Source: Octopus sinensis
Lineage: Eukaryota
DNA: 18,077 nucleotides
Direction of reading: 5' to 3'
Assembly: GCF_006345805.1 (NCBI RefSeq)
Contig: NW_021824959.1
Span: forward strand, 1 to 18,077
Below the pieces are notes generated by a model. It had not been told where the DNA came from and made no database searches. It saw only the letters and a program-made list of their open reading frames with translations. This document shows, in pieces, positions 9,420 to 18,077 of the stretch (the first letter of the stretch is position 1; the number at the start of each line of letters is the position of its first letter). Both the position numbers and the translations under genes were made by a program.

Positions 9420-9732
9420 GGCTATATAAACGCATGCTCATACATACATGCATACATTGATACATATGCCTACGCATATACGTGTGTATAGGTGTGTGCG
9501 TATATATAACCATCGACACGCCAGCTGGCAATATATTTTACAATAAAACTCCTTCTCATTACCATTAACTCTATTTGTGAAAGCTAATTAAGTCCATGAA
9601 AACTAAGAATTGGATATACTCTACTTCCCATTACGGACATACATACATACATACATGCGTATGAATGCACACGTACAAGCACACACTCTCATACATACAC
9701 ATATACATACACTCATATATACACACATACAT

Positions 9733-9763
<31 letters not shown>

Positions 9764-9965
9764 AACACACAGACACACATATTACAAGTTTACCCGGCGT
9801 TATCCGGAAAATGATGTACACCGACAATTTATTCACTTTTTTATTTTTATTTTTATTTTATTTATCTTTGTTGCTGAAAGAGGAGGCGTTGGTGGTGTGA
9901 TGCTCCTTAATTCGGATGCGGGGTCGTCGTGTTGTGCAAGCGATATGGTGGTGGTGGTGGTGGTG

Positions 9966-10190
9966 GTTGCATTTGGAGCATCGTATTTTGTATACTACAC
10001 ACGTACGTAGGCAGATGACAATGTCACGAATGAGACAGTTCGTTAATTTCAGTGCTGCCGTACCGTACGTGACCACCTCGTTGATAGGTGTTTGCATAGG
10101 GACTGTTCTGAATGGCCAACCGAATGTCGAATCCCTCGCTGCGGATAGCCTTGTGGTTGGCGCAGGTGGTCTTCTCATTGGAGTGGGTAA
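9966..10190 (-). pseudogene. Probable PLE fragment: linker and first half of GIY-YIG domain
   Basis: IRDIVICLRTCVVYKIRCSKCN resembles the PLE pattern I...TC.S.NVVY.I.C..C. The expected YIG is replaced by a (GGT)n run. Confidence 0.5.
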
Positions 10191-10261
10191 TCTTCAGTAC
10201 TCAGGTTTTAGAGAGATCCCTCTTCTGACGTTTAGTTGCTCTGTGTTCCTGCATGAAAGTG

Positions 10262-10549
10262 AACCCATGCCTCGTTAACCTGCTCAGTAGCTTCCAGCTG
10301 GCTAACAGGTTTAGAATGGATTGTCCGAATGCTCCAATGTGGACATGGTCCAGCAGCGCTGGCTCTTCCATATCTTACCTAGGTAGAGTCTTCATTAGGT
10401 CAGTGTTGTTCACAACTTCAGATCGTCAGTTATACGGATCTCAAATTTGTGATCTGTGAACTTGACTTAGTTTCTGTAGGCAGGGCCCCGGTTACTGGAA
10501 GCTAAATACGTCACTTCTGGCGCGCAAGACCTACAGTGATCGGATTAGA
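10262..10549 (+). pseudogene. L1/Tx1-clade LINE ORF2 APE-endonuclease fragment
   Basis: With two frameshifts it reads CLVNLLSSFQLANRFRMDCPNAPMWTWSS...SYLGRVFIR / SYTDLKFVICELDL / QGPGYWKLNTSLL (10481-10519). These match the TW...SRLDR...SDH...GPGYWKLNTSLL motifs. Confidence 0.8.
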
Positions 10550-10555
10550 GATCAC

Positions 10556-11061
10556 TGTAGTAAATGCTGACGAACCTCAAGAGGTTTGCTTTTGTGCTCT
10601 GCAGTAAACTCTCTCTCGATATCCATCTTGCACAGACTTTATGGAAGCCGAGCTAATCGTAGATGATTTGATAGGAAGAACCATGACTAATCTGCAGAGA
10701 ACAAGCTACCTCGCGGTTCACCAGTACCATCTCCCAAGCTTGTGGAATCTTCTCGTCTGTGGTGGAGGTTGACGGGCCTCCCCTTATTGTGCTAAAAGCC
10801 GCCAGTGAATGTCTGCATCTGACACACCTTCCGATCAGAGAAATTGGATCACTTCTCTTTGTTCTTCTTTGGTGCACATTACTAGTGAAGCGATCATGCT
10901 TACACTGCAAAGCTAGAAAGAAAAATGGCGTGATCACGCTCAAACTTCAATCACGTGGCCACAATAGTACTAACTATTAGCACGCATGCGCAGAATGCAG
11001 TGCGAAAATAATAAAGATATGTTATGGCGAAAGTGCGGATAATTTTTGACTTCCCTTTGTA
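10556..11061 (-). mobile_element. Mariner transposon fossil: 5' TIR and N-terminal transposase
   Basis: TA plus TIR-like CAAAGGGAAGTCAAAAATTATCCGCACT (11061->11032). From 10897 it reads MIASLVMCTKEEQREVIQFL*SEGVSDADIHWRLLAQ...GPSTSTTDEKIPQAWEMVLVNR...SLQISHGSSYQIIYD*LGFHKVCARWISRE, the last part equivalent to WVPREL. Confidence 0.9.
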
Positions 11062-11539
11062 TATTGTCGCTACAGATTATTGTGTGTATGTGTGGTATAC
11101 TGGACTTTGACAGCAGTCAGTTCCCACATGATAGCTTTTATCATTCTTAAATAAATAATGAAATTCGTTATATGTTTCTAGATAATTGCATTTTTTGTGA
11201 GTCTATGTGTATGTGTCGGTGCTCGTTTGTGTTTGTGTCAAAGGGATATGTGTGTGTGTACGCATTTATACGTGTGGTGTGTATGTGCGTATCCGTGCGC
11301 ATAACAAAATTTTAAATATTGGTTGCTTTCTGGTTATGTCGTAGATGAAAATAGACGGAAGTGTGCGATTTGAGTAGAAATTTTGCTAATTATAATTAAG
11401 ACTAACCTTCGACTGGCATATGCACATTCAGCAAACATTCATGGGAATTTGTTGAAATATTTATATGTACTCACACACGCACACATGTATTACTGCACAC
11501 ACACATATACATGAACTTATATGTAAACATGCATTCCTA

Positions 11540-11553
11540 CGTATACACACACA

Positions 11554-11599
<46 letters not shown>

Positions 11600-11620
11600 A
11601 TATATATATATATATAATAT

Positions 11621-11654
<34 letters not shown>

Positions 11655-11655
11655 A
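11540..11655. repeat. (CA)n-(TA)n compound microsatellite
   Basis: Direct reading. Confidence 0.95.
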
Positions 11656-11741
11656 TAGAGGATAAAACTGTTTTGAAAAAATTTTATCAGGGCCAGCATA
11701 TAAAACGAAACCAATTAAGGTGAAAATTATATGTATAATTA

Positions 11742-11898
11742 TAGGGGCTTAGAAAAATTTTCTAGCCTATATGCTGAGAAATAGACGCTAAATCGCGTCT
11801 CACCACTCAAAGAAGTGTGATTGTGACTTCTTTGAGAGGTTAAACAATTTACCGTCTATTTCTCAGCATATAGGCTAGAAAATTTTTCTAAGCCCTTA
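11742..11898. mobile_element. Hairpin MITE, probably Tc1/mariner-type
   Basis: Perfect 43-bp inverted repeats at 11745-11787 and 11853-11895, an inner 11-bp stem CTCAAAGAAGT/ACTTCTTTGAG, and TA on both flanks. Confidence 0.8.
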
Positions 11899-11936
11899 TC
11901 ATATATATATATATAATAATATATATAATATATATA

Positions 11937-12006
<70 letters not shown>

Positions 12007-12019
12007 GTATGTATATTTT

Positions 12020-12197
12020 GTGTGTCTGAAAACCGGTGTTGGTGTGTTTACGGCCCCGTAACTTAGCGGTTCGGCAAAAGAGACCTATAGAATAAGTACT
12101 AGACTTACAAAGAATAAGTCCTGGGGGTCGATTTGCTCGACTAAAGGCGGTGCTGCAGCATGGCCACAGTCAAATGACTGAAACGAGTAAAAGAGTA
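12020..12197 (+). mobile_element. Family A SINE, 3' half
   Basis: CCCCGTAACTTAGCGGTTCGGCAAAAGAGACC...GCATGGCCACAGTCAAATGACTGAAACGAGTAAAAGAG. Confidence 0.9.
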
Positions 12198-12850
12198 TCA
12201 CAGCTCTAGACATAACAGTACTAGAGTATTATTTAACTTGCATTGCTATTTTCCCGTCATAATTTATTCATGAAGCAACGGGGCACAGCAAAACTATTTC
12301 AGACCTAGTATTCGCAACCACTGTGATGCTTTAATTGAGATCTGTAATGTTGAGAAAACTGTTCTCTCAGACTACGACATAATGTTCTGCAAACTTGTTC
12401 TGCAATCTAACGTCTCAATACCCAAAGAAAAAAGCATGCACATTCGACTCAGCACACCCAGTTGATAATGAGTCAGCATGACAAATCGGGATTCAATTAT
12501 ACATGAGTTTTCACTTCTGGCTATCTTTCACACAGTTTTTCATACATCAAAGCGCCTTGGTAGGTGTTTGAGGATGTAGTTACCAAAAGAATTTCAAACA
12601 ATAACTCTTGGTTTGAGCTTCAATCGGTAGGTCCTGGGAGGGTAATAATGCTCACTGCAAAAATTAAAGGACTTGATTTTAAAATTGAAAATAAATAAAT
12701 ACTATCAGTAACGGTGCCCACGATCGACAGCAATATCAATGATTGAATCGAAAAAATATAATCTTCAGAACAGCATGAAAATTATCATAAACCATCAAAG
12801 AACCGTTGGTTAAAACTAGGCCATTGAGAAATTAAGGATAACCCAGATAT

Positions 12851-13085
12851 ACTCTTTACTCTTTTACTCTTTTACTTGTTTCAGTCATTTTGACTGCGGC
12901 CATGCTGGAGCACCGCCTTTAATCGAGCAACTCGACCCCGGGACTTATTCTTTTGTAAGCCCAGTACTTATTCTATCGGTCTCTTTTGCCGAACCGCTAA
13001 GTAACGGGGACATAAACACACCAGCATCAGTTGTCAAGCAATGCTAGGGGGACAAACACAGACACACAAACATAGACACGCATAT
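12851..13085 (-). mobile_element. Family A SINE, 3' half (truncated by the duplication junction)
   Basis: Nearly identical to 13991-14225 but lacks the head. Confidence 0.9.
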
Positions 13086-13112
13086 ATAATATATATAATA
13101 TAATATATATGT

Positions 13113-13145
<33 letters not shown>

Positions 13146-13159
13146 GTATGTATATTTTG

Positions 13160-13336
13160 TGTGTCTGAAAACCGGTGTTGGTGTGTTTACGGCCCCGTAA
13201 CTTAGCGGTTCGGCAAAAGAGACCTATAGAATAAGTACTAGACTTACAAAGAATAAGTCCTGGGGGTCGATTTGCTCGACTAAAGGCGGTGCTGCAGCAT
13301 GGCCACAGTCAAATGACTGAAACGAGTAAAAGAGTA
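13160..13336 (+). mobile_element. Family A SINE, 3' half (duplicate of 12020-12197)
   Basis: Direct repeat of 12021-12197. Confidence 0.9.
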
Positions 13337-13990
13337 TCACAGCTCTAGACATAACAGTACTAGAGTATTATTTACTTGCATTGCTATTTTCCCGTCATAA
13401 TTTATTCATGAAGCAACGGGGCACAGCAAAACTATTTCAGACCTATTGTATTCGCAACCACTGTGATGCTTTAATTGAGATCTGTAATGTTGAGAAAACG
13501 TTCTCTCAGACTACGACATAATGTTCTGCAAACTTGTTCTGCAATCTAACGTCTCAATACCCAAAGAAAAACATGCACATTCGACTCAGCACACCTAGTT
13601 GATATGAGTCAGCATGACAAATCGGGATTCAATTATACATGAGGTTTCCACTTCTGGCTATCTTCACACAGTTTTTCATACATCAAAGCGCCTTGGTAGG
13701 TGTTGAGGATGTAGTTACCAAAAGAATTTCAAACAATAACTCTTGTTTTGAGCTTCAATCGTTAGGTCCTGGGAGGGTAATAATGCTCACTGCAAAAATT
13801 AAAGGACTTGATTTTAAAATTGAAAATAAATAAATACTATCAGTAACGGTGGCCCACGATCGACAGCAATATCAATGATTGAATCGAAAAAAATAAATCT
13901 TCAGAACAGCATGAAAATTATCATAAACCATCAAAGAACCTTTGGTTGGTTAAAACTAGGCCATTGAGAAATTAAGGATAACCCAGATAT

Positions 13991-14402
13991 ACTCTTTACT
14001 CTTTTACTCTTTTACTTGTTTCAGTCATTTTGACTGCGGCCATGCTGGGTCACCGCCTTTAATCGAGCAACTCGACCCCGGGCTTATTCTTTTGTAAGCC
14101 CAGTACTTATTCTATCGGTCTCTTTTGCCGAACCGCTAAGTAACGGGGACATAAACACACCAGCATCAGTTGTCAAGCAATGCTAGGGGGACAAACACAG
14201 ACACACAAACATAGACATGCATATATATATATATATACATATATACGACGGGCTTCTTTCAGTTTCCGTCTACCAAATCCACTCACAAGGCTTTGGTCGG
14301 CCCGAGGCTATAGTAGAAGACACTTGCCCAAGATGCCACGCAGTGGGACTGAACCCGGAACCATGTAGTTGGTAAACAAGCTACTTACCACACAGCCACG
14401 CC
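13991..14402 (-). mobile_element. Family A SINE, full length
   Basis: (CTCTTTTA)n tail, internal (TA)n, CORE-like ACACTTGCCCAAG, and B-box reverse complement GGGACTGAACCC. Confidence 0.92.
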
Positions 14403-14794
14403 TTCACTTTGTTTTTCAAAACTATTGTGTTACTCATTCAGCCATTGATCTAGTAACTTTTTCTACAAAAGTGTCCCACCCCCCAAAAAAAAGAAGATTC
14501 TGCAGAAATACCGATGATCAATATTGTTCAAGCAGATTAAAATGGTTAGCTCGGCCAAAGGCTTTGCTAAAGTCAAAGCGTAGGGCATTGATGTTCGATC
14601 CTTCTTCCAAATCATTTAAAATGTAATCAAAATGGTGCGGAAACTCTATTAAACTGTCTCTACTACATCATAAGCCATGATACCTCTTCAGTAACTCAGT
14701 TGTTTTTAATTTGACCAATCCTAATGAAGACTTTTACTCCTATGGGGATGGAGCCTTCTTCTATTTTAGTTCCCAAGTTATGGTTGAGTATATA

Positions 14795-14897
14795 TTAGTA
14801 ACTATATCCTCAAACATCTGCCAAGCTGCTTTGATGTCTGTAAAAGTGTATGTGAAAGACTAGGCGAGAAGGGATAGGTCATGTGTAATTGGTCTCC
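14795..14897. repeat. Old interspersed repeat, inverted relative to copies at 12488-12586 and about 13625-13722
   Basis: TAACTATATCCTCAAACATCTGCCAAGCTGCTTTGATGT...TCATGTGTAATTG aligns by eye to the reverse complement TAACTACATCCTCAAACACCTACCAAGGCGCTTTGATGT...TCATGTATAATTG. Confidence 0.7.
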
Positions 14898-15299
14898 AAT
14901 TTACTTTATACAGACCTATGATGTCAAAGTATTTACTAATCCTGCTGAAGCTGACTTTGGCAGAATCAATGAAAACAACCCCCAAAACATCATACCAGAC
15001 ATACCCTTCTGCATGCCAGAAATGGTAACCTATACAATTAAGCTATAAAATTAAGCTTAATTAATATTGTAAGCTATAAAATTAAACATTTGACACTAGT
15101 ATTCTTAACAAGTGCTGGCAACAACTTTCATTTCCCCTTAGGCAATTTCTGGAGGAAATCACTAAATATTTAAGCATAACCTGCTTTCCAAACTGCGTCG
15201 ACTCAAATTTTTCCTTCGTTTAGCAGCATGTCGCTTTGTTTTGCCCGTTGAATCATATTTATGTCTCTCCGTTTCTCAAAAGGAGAAATAAATCGTTCA

Positions 15300-15532
15300 C
15301 CGTAAAATTATCTCGCATAGAAAGCGGTGGAGTCAATAGAATAACTAACTTACTGAAGAGTAAGAGTCTGCTAAAACCCAACCATCATTGCCTTCAATGA
15401 GTCAGAGTTTTATAATACCGTTTTTACACCACTTTGACAACATTTAAATGCTTTGACAGAGGGCTCAAACACAGATGCCATCATATATACTTTGATTTCA
15501 CCAAGGCCTTTGATAGAGACGACCACATTATT
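15300..15532 (+). pseudogene. CR1/L2/Jockey-group LINE reverse-transcriptase fragment
   Basis: Frameshifted ITNLLKSKSLLKPNHH...LNALTEGSNTDAI / IYFDFTKAFDRDDHII (15485-15532), matching the QHGF...IYLDFxKAFDxVxH motif. Confidence 0.75.
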
Positions 15533-15660
15533 TGAAAAACAATCCAACACTTTATGAAAAATTGCCGACAGAGCGGTCGGCCAGATTATCTATAATGAGC
15601 AAAAGAAGACAAGCTGCAAAACGAGGGCAAAATTTGAGTTTATCTTCTTTCGAAAAGAGT

Positions 15661-15702
15661 CTTCAGGCCATGGTGGAAGCTGACGGTGGCTACTTTGAGT
15701 AA
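15661..15702 (+). pseudogene. Tc1/maT-like transposase extreme C-terminus
   Basis: LQAMVEADGGYFE* resembles the RLxAVIxAxGGxxE* ending of Tc1-family transposases. Very short. Confidence 0.5.
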
Positions 15703-16120
15703 ACTCTTTTACTCTTTTACTTGTTTCAGTCATTTTAACTGTGGCCATGCTGGAGCAATGCCTTTAGTCGAGCAAATCGACCCCAGGACTTATTCTTTGT
15801 AAGCCTAGTACTTATTCTATCGGTCCCTTTTGCCGAACCGCTAAGTTACGGGGACGTAAACACACCAGCATCGGTTGTCAAACGATATGGGAGGGACAAA
15901 CACAGACACACGAACATACACACACATGCACATATATATATATATATACATATATACGACGGGCTTCTTTCAGTTTCCGTCTACCAAATTCACTCACAAG
16001 GTTTTTGTCAGCCCGAGGCTACAGTAGAAGACGCTTGCCCAAGGTGCCACGCAGTGGGACTGAACCCAGAAACCATGTGGTTCGTAAGGAAGCTACTTAC
16101 CACACAGCCACTCATACGCC
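15703..16120 (-). mobile_element. Family A SINE, full length
   Basis: Colinear with 13991-14402. Confidence 0.92.
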
Positions 16121-16334
16121 TACAAAAAATTTTATTTCTGATCTGAATTTTTTGAACTGACAATATTCCTGCTTAAAATTTGATATATTTTTTCTTTGAT
16201 TGTTTTATCGTCTTTCCAAACGTCTTGTATTTTTGTTTTCACTTTTCTTCTTGGATTTGGTTTATGATTGCTTTCTTAAAGTTGACATTCTCTTCTATTA
16301 TTTTAATTTACTTTTCTTATGTTTTAGGTGGGTT

Positions 16335-16507
16335 ATATATATACATATATACGATGGGCTTCTTTCAGTTTCCATCTACCAAATCCTCTCACAAGGCTTT
16401 GGTCGGCTCGAAGCTATAGTAGAAGTCCAAGGTGCCACGCAGTGGGACTGAACCCGGAACCATGTGGTTTGTAAGCAGGCTACTTACCACACAGCCACTC
16501 CTGCACC
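16335..16507 (-). mobile_element. Family A SINE, 5' half
   Basis: Runs from the head to the internal (TA)n. No tail. Confidence 0.88.
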
Positions 16508-17365
16508 TATAAACTGTTAACTCCTAACCATAATCTAGTTGATGTGATGTGTTTTCTTTTATGCAAATTGTAAAATTTAGCCTGAATGCCCAGTGGCTCC
16601 GATTAGGCTACAATTATTTTTAATTATTAGTTGAGTAATTTCAGTGAGTTGTACACTGCCTAGGCTAGGTGAGATATACCTTACTGAGCTTATACCATTT
16701 ATATAACGTCCATTTCCATTTATATAAGGTTCCTAGAATTGAATTCCATATAAAGCAAATTCTTGAATCTCTGATATGATATGATGATATGAGCCCGGTT
16801 GGAAATAAACCTGCTCGTTTCAGAATATTTTACCGTTCCAGTTACTTTTATATCTAATCCACGTGACCGACTACTAGCGTTCAAAGGGCAGAGGTAATTA
16901 TGCCTTCTAAACAGCGCCAGAGGAACTGAATTGCCACAGAAAAACATTCATGGGACGAAAGATGGCTATGAGTTAACAGAACACATATTTTCTCCATATT
17001 GTGTGTCGGAGATTTTCGTCTGTTTATTTCTTCGATTTCAAGGTATGGCACAGCCCCGAGAAATAAGTATTCGCTTTCAGTAAATTATACAACGTATGGC
17101 AACATAAGATGTGATGTATTGAGTTCTTGTCAATTTTATTGACATAAACTATATATATATATGTGTGTGTGCTTGTACAGGTAAGATTGTATATGTATAT
17201 GTATGTGTGTGTGTGCATATATATATATATATGTATATATGGATATATGTATATATGTATATATATATAACGGGAAGCTTTATGAAAATAGACAAAAGAC
17301 GAAGGCAGGTGGAAAACAAACAACATTGTATTAGTATGGCGCTCAGGAAATATAAATAAAACAAG

Positions 17366-17402
17366 TCTTAACGTTTCGAGCCTACGCTCTTTAACAGAAA
17401 GA
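17366..17402 (-). ncRNA. Degenerate minimal hammerhead-like motif
   Basis: Minus strand reads TCTTT-CTGTTAA-A-GAGC-gtag-GCTC-GAAA-CG-TT-AAGA. The core deviates from CUGANGA at two positions. Confidence 0.55.
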
Positions 17403-17925
17403 TACACAGAGAAAAAAAACACAGAAGAAGGAGAGAAAAAAATATGCGTGCAGTAACTAACGAATCAACATGGCGATCTGATTTCGGCCAGAAGTCAAAG
17501 ATCAAACATGAGACGCGAGAGCGAAATTAGGGGAGATAATAGGGTTGAATGGCCTCCTCCCACTTAAGGGTGTGTGTGTGGTGGTGTGTGTGTATGAGAG
17601 AGTATTAGTTGCGTATGAGAGGTCTGGACGTGTGTATGTATATAATATGATGTGATGTGTAAAGTCGTGTGGTGTAGTGTGGAGAGAGGAGAGAGGGGGA
17701 GGGGGGAAGGGGGAGGGGAGAGGGGATGAGATGAGGGGGAGGGGAGGAGGAAGGAGGAAAGAGGGAGATGGGGAGAGAGAAGGGGAGTGAGGGAGCAGAG
17801 GGAAGGAGGGGGGAGAAAGAGGGAGAAGGGAAGGGGAGTAGGGGTGAAAGGATGAAGTACTGAAGAGAAGTAGGGTCGGGGGGAGGTAGGTGATGAGGGG
17901 GGAGGGGGTTAGATGAGGAGGGTGG

Positions 17926-18076
17926 TTAGATGAGGGGGGGGAGAGTTGAGACCAAATGGCGTATAAGAGCGAAGAGAGAAGAGTAATTCCTGTTCACGGC
18001 GCAAACGGGAATCCGGATGGCCTCTGTGTAAGGACAAACCGAACACAGACAGGTGTTGCAAGGAGTGACCGGTGGA
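17926..18076 (-). pseudogene. PLE GIY-YIG endonuclease C-terminus
   Basis: STGHSLQHLSVFGLSLHRGHPDSRLRREQELLFSLRSYTPFGLNSP matches the H...R..RE...I..L....P.GLN ending of PLE endonucleases. The likely stop at 17926-17928 is out of frame by one base across a G-run. Confidence 0.85.
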
Positions 18077-18077
18077 G

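Larger units (their letters stand above)
11995..14228. repeat. Tandem duplication, period about 1139-1140 bp
   Basis: Anchors 12021 = 13160, 12841 = 13981 and 13061 = 14200. The copies are nearly identical apart from scattered small indels and substitutions. The junction lies in (TA)n at 13083-13133. Confidence 0.95.
17270..18077 (-). mobile_element. 3' end of a Penelope-like element (continues beyond the window)
   Basis: On the minus strand: GIY-YIG C-terminus, pyrimidine-rich 3' tract (17680-17945), HHR-like motif, then (TA)n. Confidence 0.85.

Noticed and set aside
10567-10590. CTGACGA-ACCTC-aa-GAGGT as a hammerhead
   Set aside because: There is no GAAA after the stem, and it is the antisense of mariner coding sequence.
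13639-13833. 64-aa ORF with hydrophobic N-terminus
   Set aside because: It is frameshifted in the duplicate copy, overlaps an old repeat and has no recognisable motif.
16900-17083. Possible host exon (open plus-strand frame with AG/GT candidates)
   Set aside because: No recognisable domain and a weak polypyrimidine tract. It cannot be supported without RNA-seq.
17680-17945. G-rich purine tract as an independent G-quadruplex or triplex element
   Set aside because: It is explained as the low-complexity 3' region of the PLE, with no evidence of a separate function.

Overview
Eukaryotic, gene-free, repeat-saturated DNA. It is most likely an octopus (coleoid cephalopod) intergenic or intronic region; I infer this from tRNA-derived SINEs that I recognise as octopus-type and from the extreme (TA)n/(TG)n/(TATG)n load, not from a database hit. 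No host protein-coding gene is supported, and almost all ORF-track entries are microsatellite artefacts. Contents read directly from the sequence: (i) several Penelope-like element (PLE) remnants on the minus strand, two with clear GIY-YIG endonuclease coding sequence (2708-3549, 17926-18076); (ii) four different type I hammerhead-ribozyme (HHR)-like motifs, all full copies on the minus strand (677-711, 2177-2270, 5093-5138, 17366-17402); (iii) about a dozen SINE copies or half-copies from three families; (iv) mariner/Tc1 fossils and MITEs; (v) L1/Tx1-type and CR1/L2-type LINE fragments; (vi) a ~1.14 kb tandem duplication. The most interesting candidate is the element at 5048-5430. It has a tRNA-like Pol III head, an (AAT)n spacer, a 3' minimal hammerhead and a PLE-style inverted partial terminal copy, so it looks like a ribozyme-bearing SINE that may be mobilised by Penelope-like elements. 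All family assignments come from manual motif recognition and need Dfam/Rfam/HMMER confirmation.
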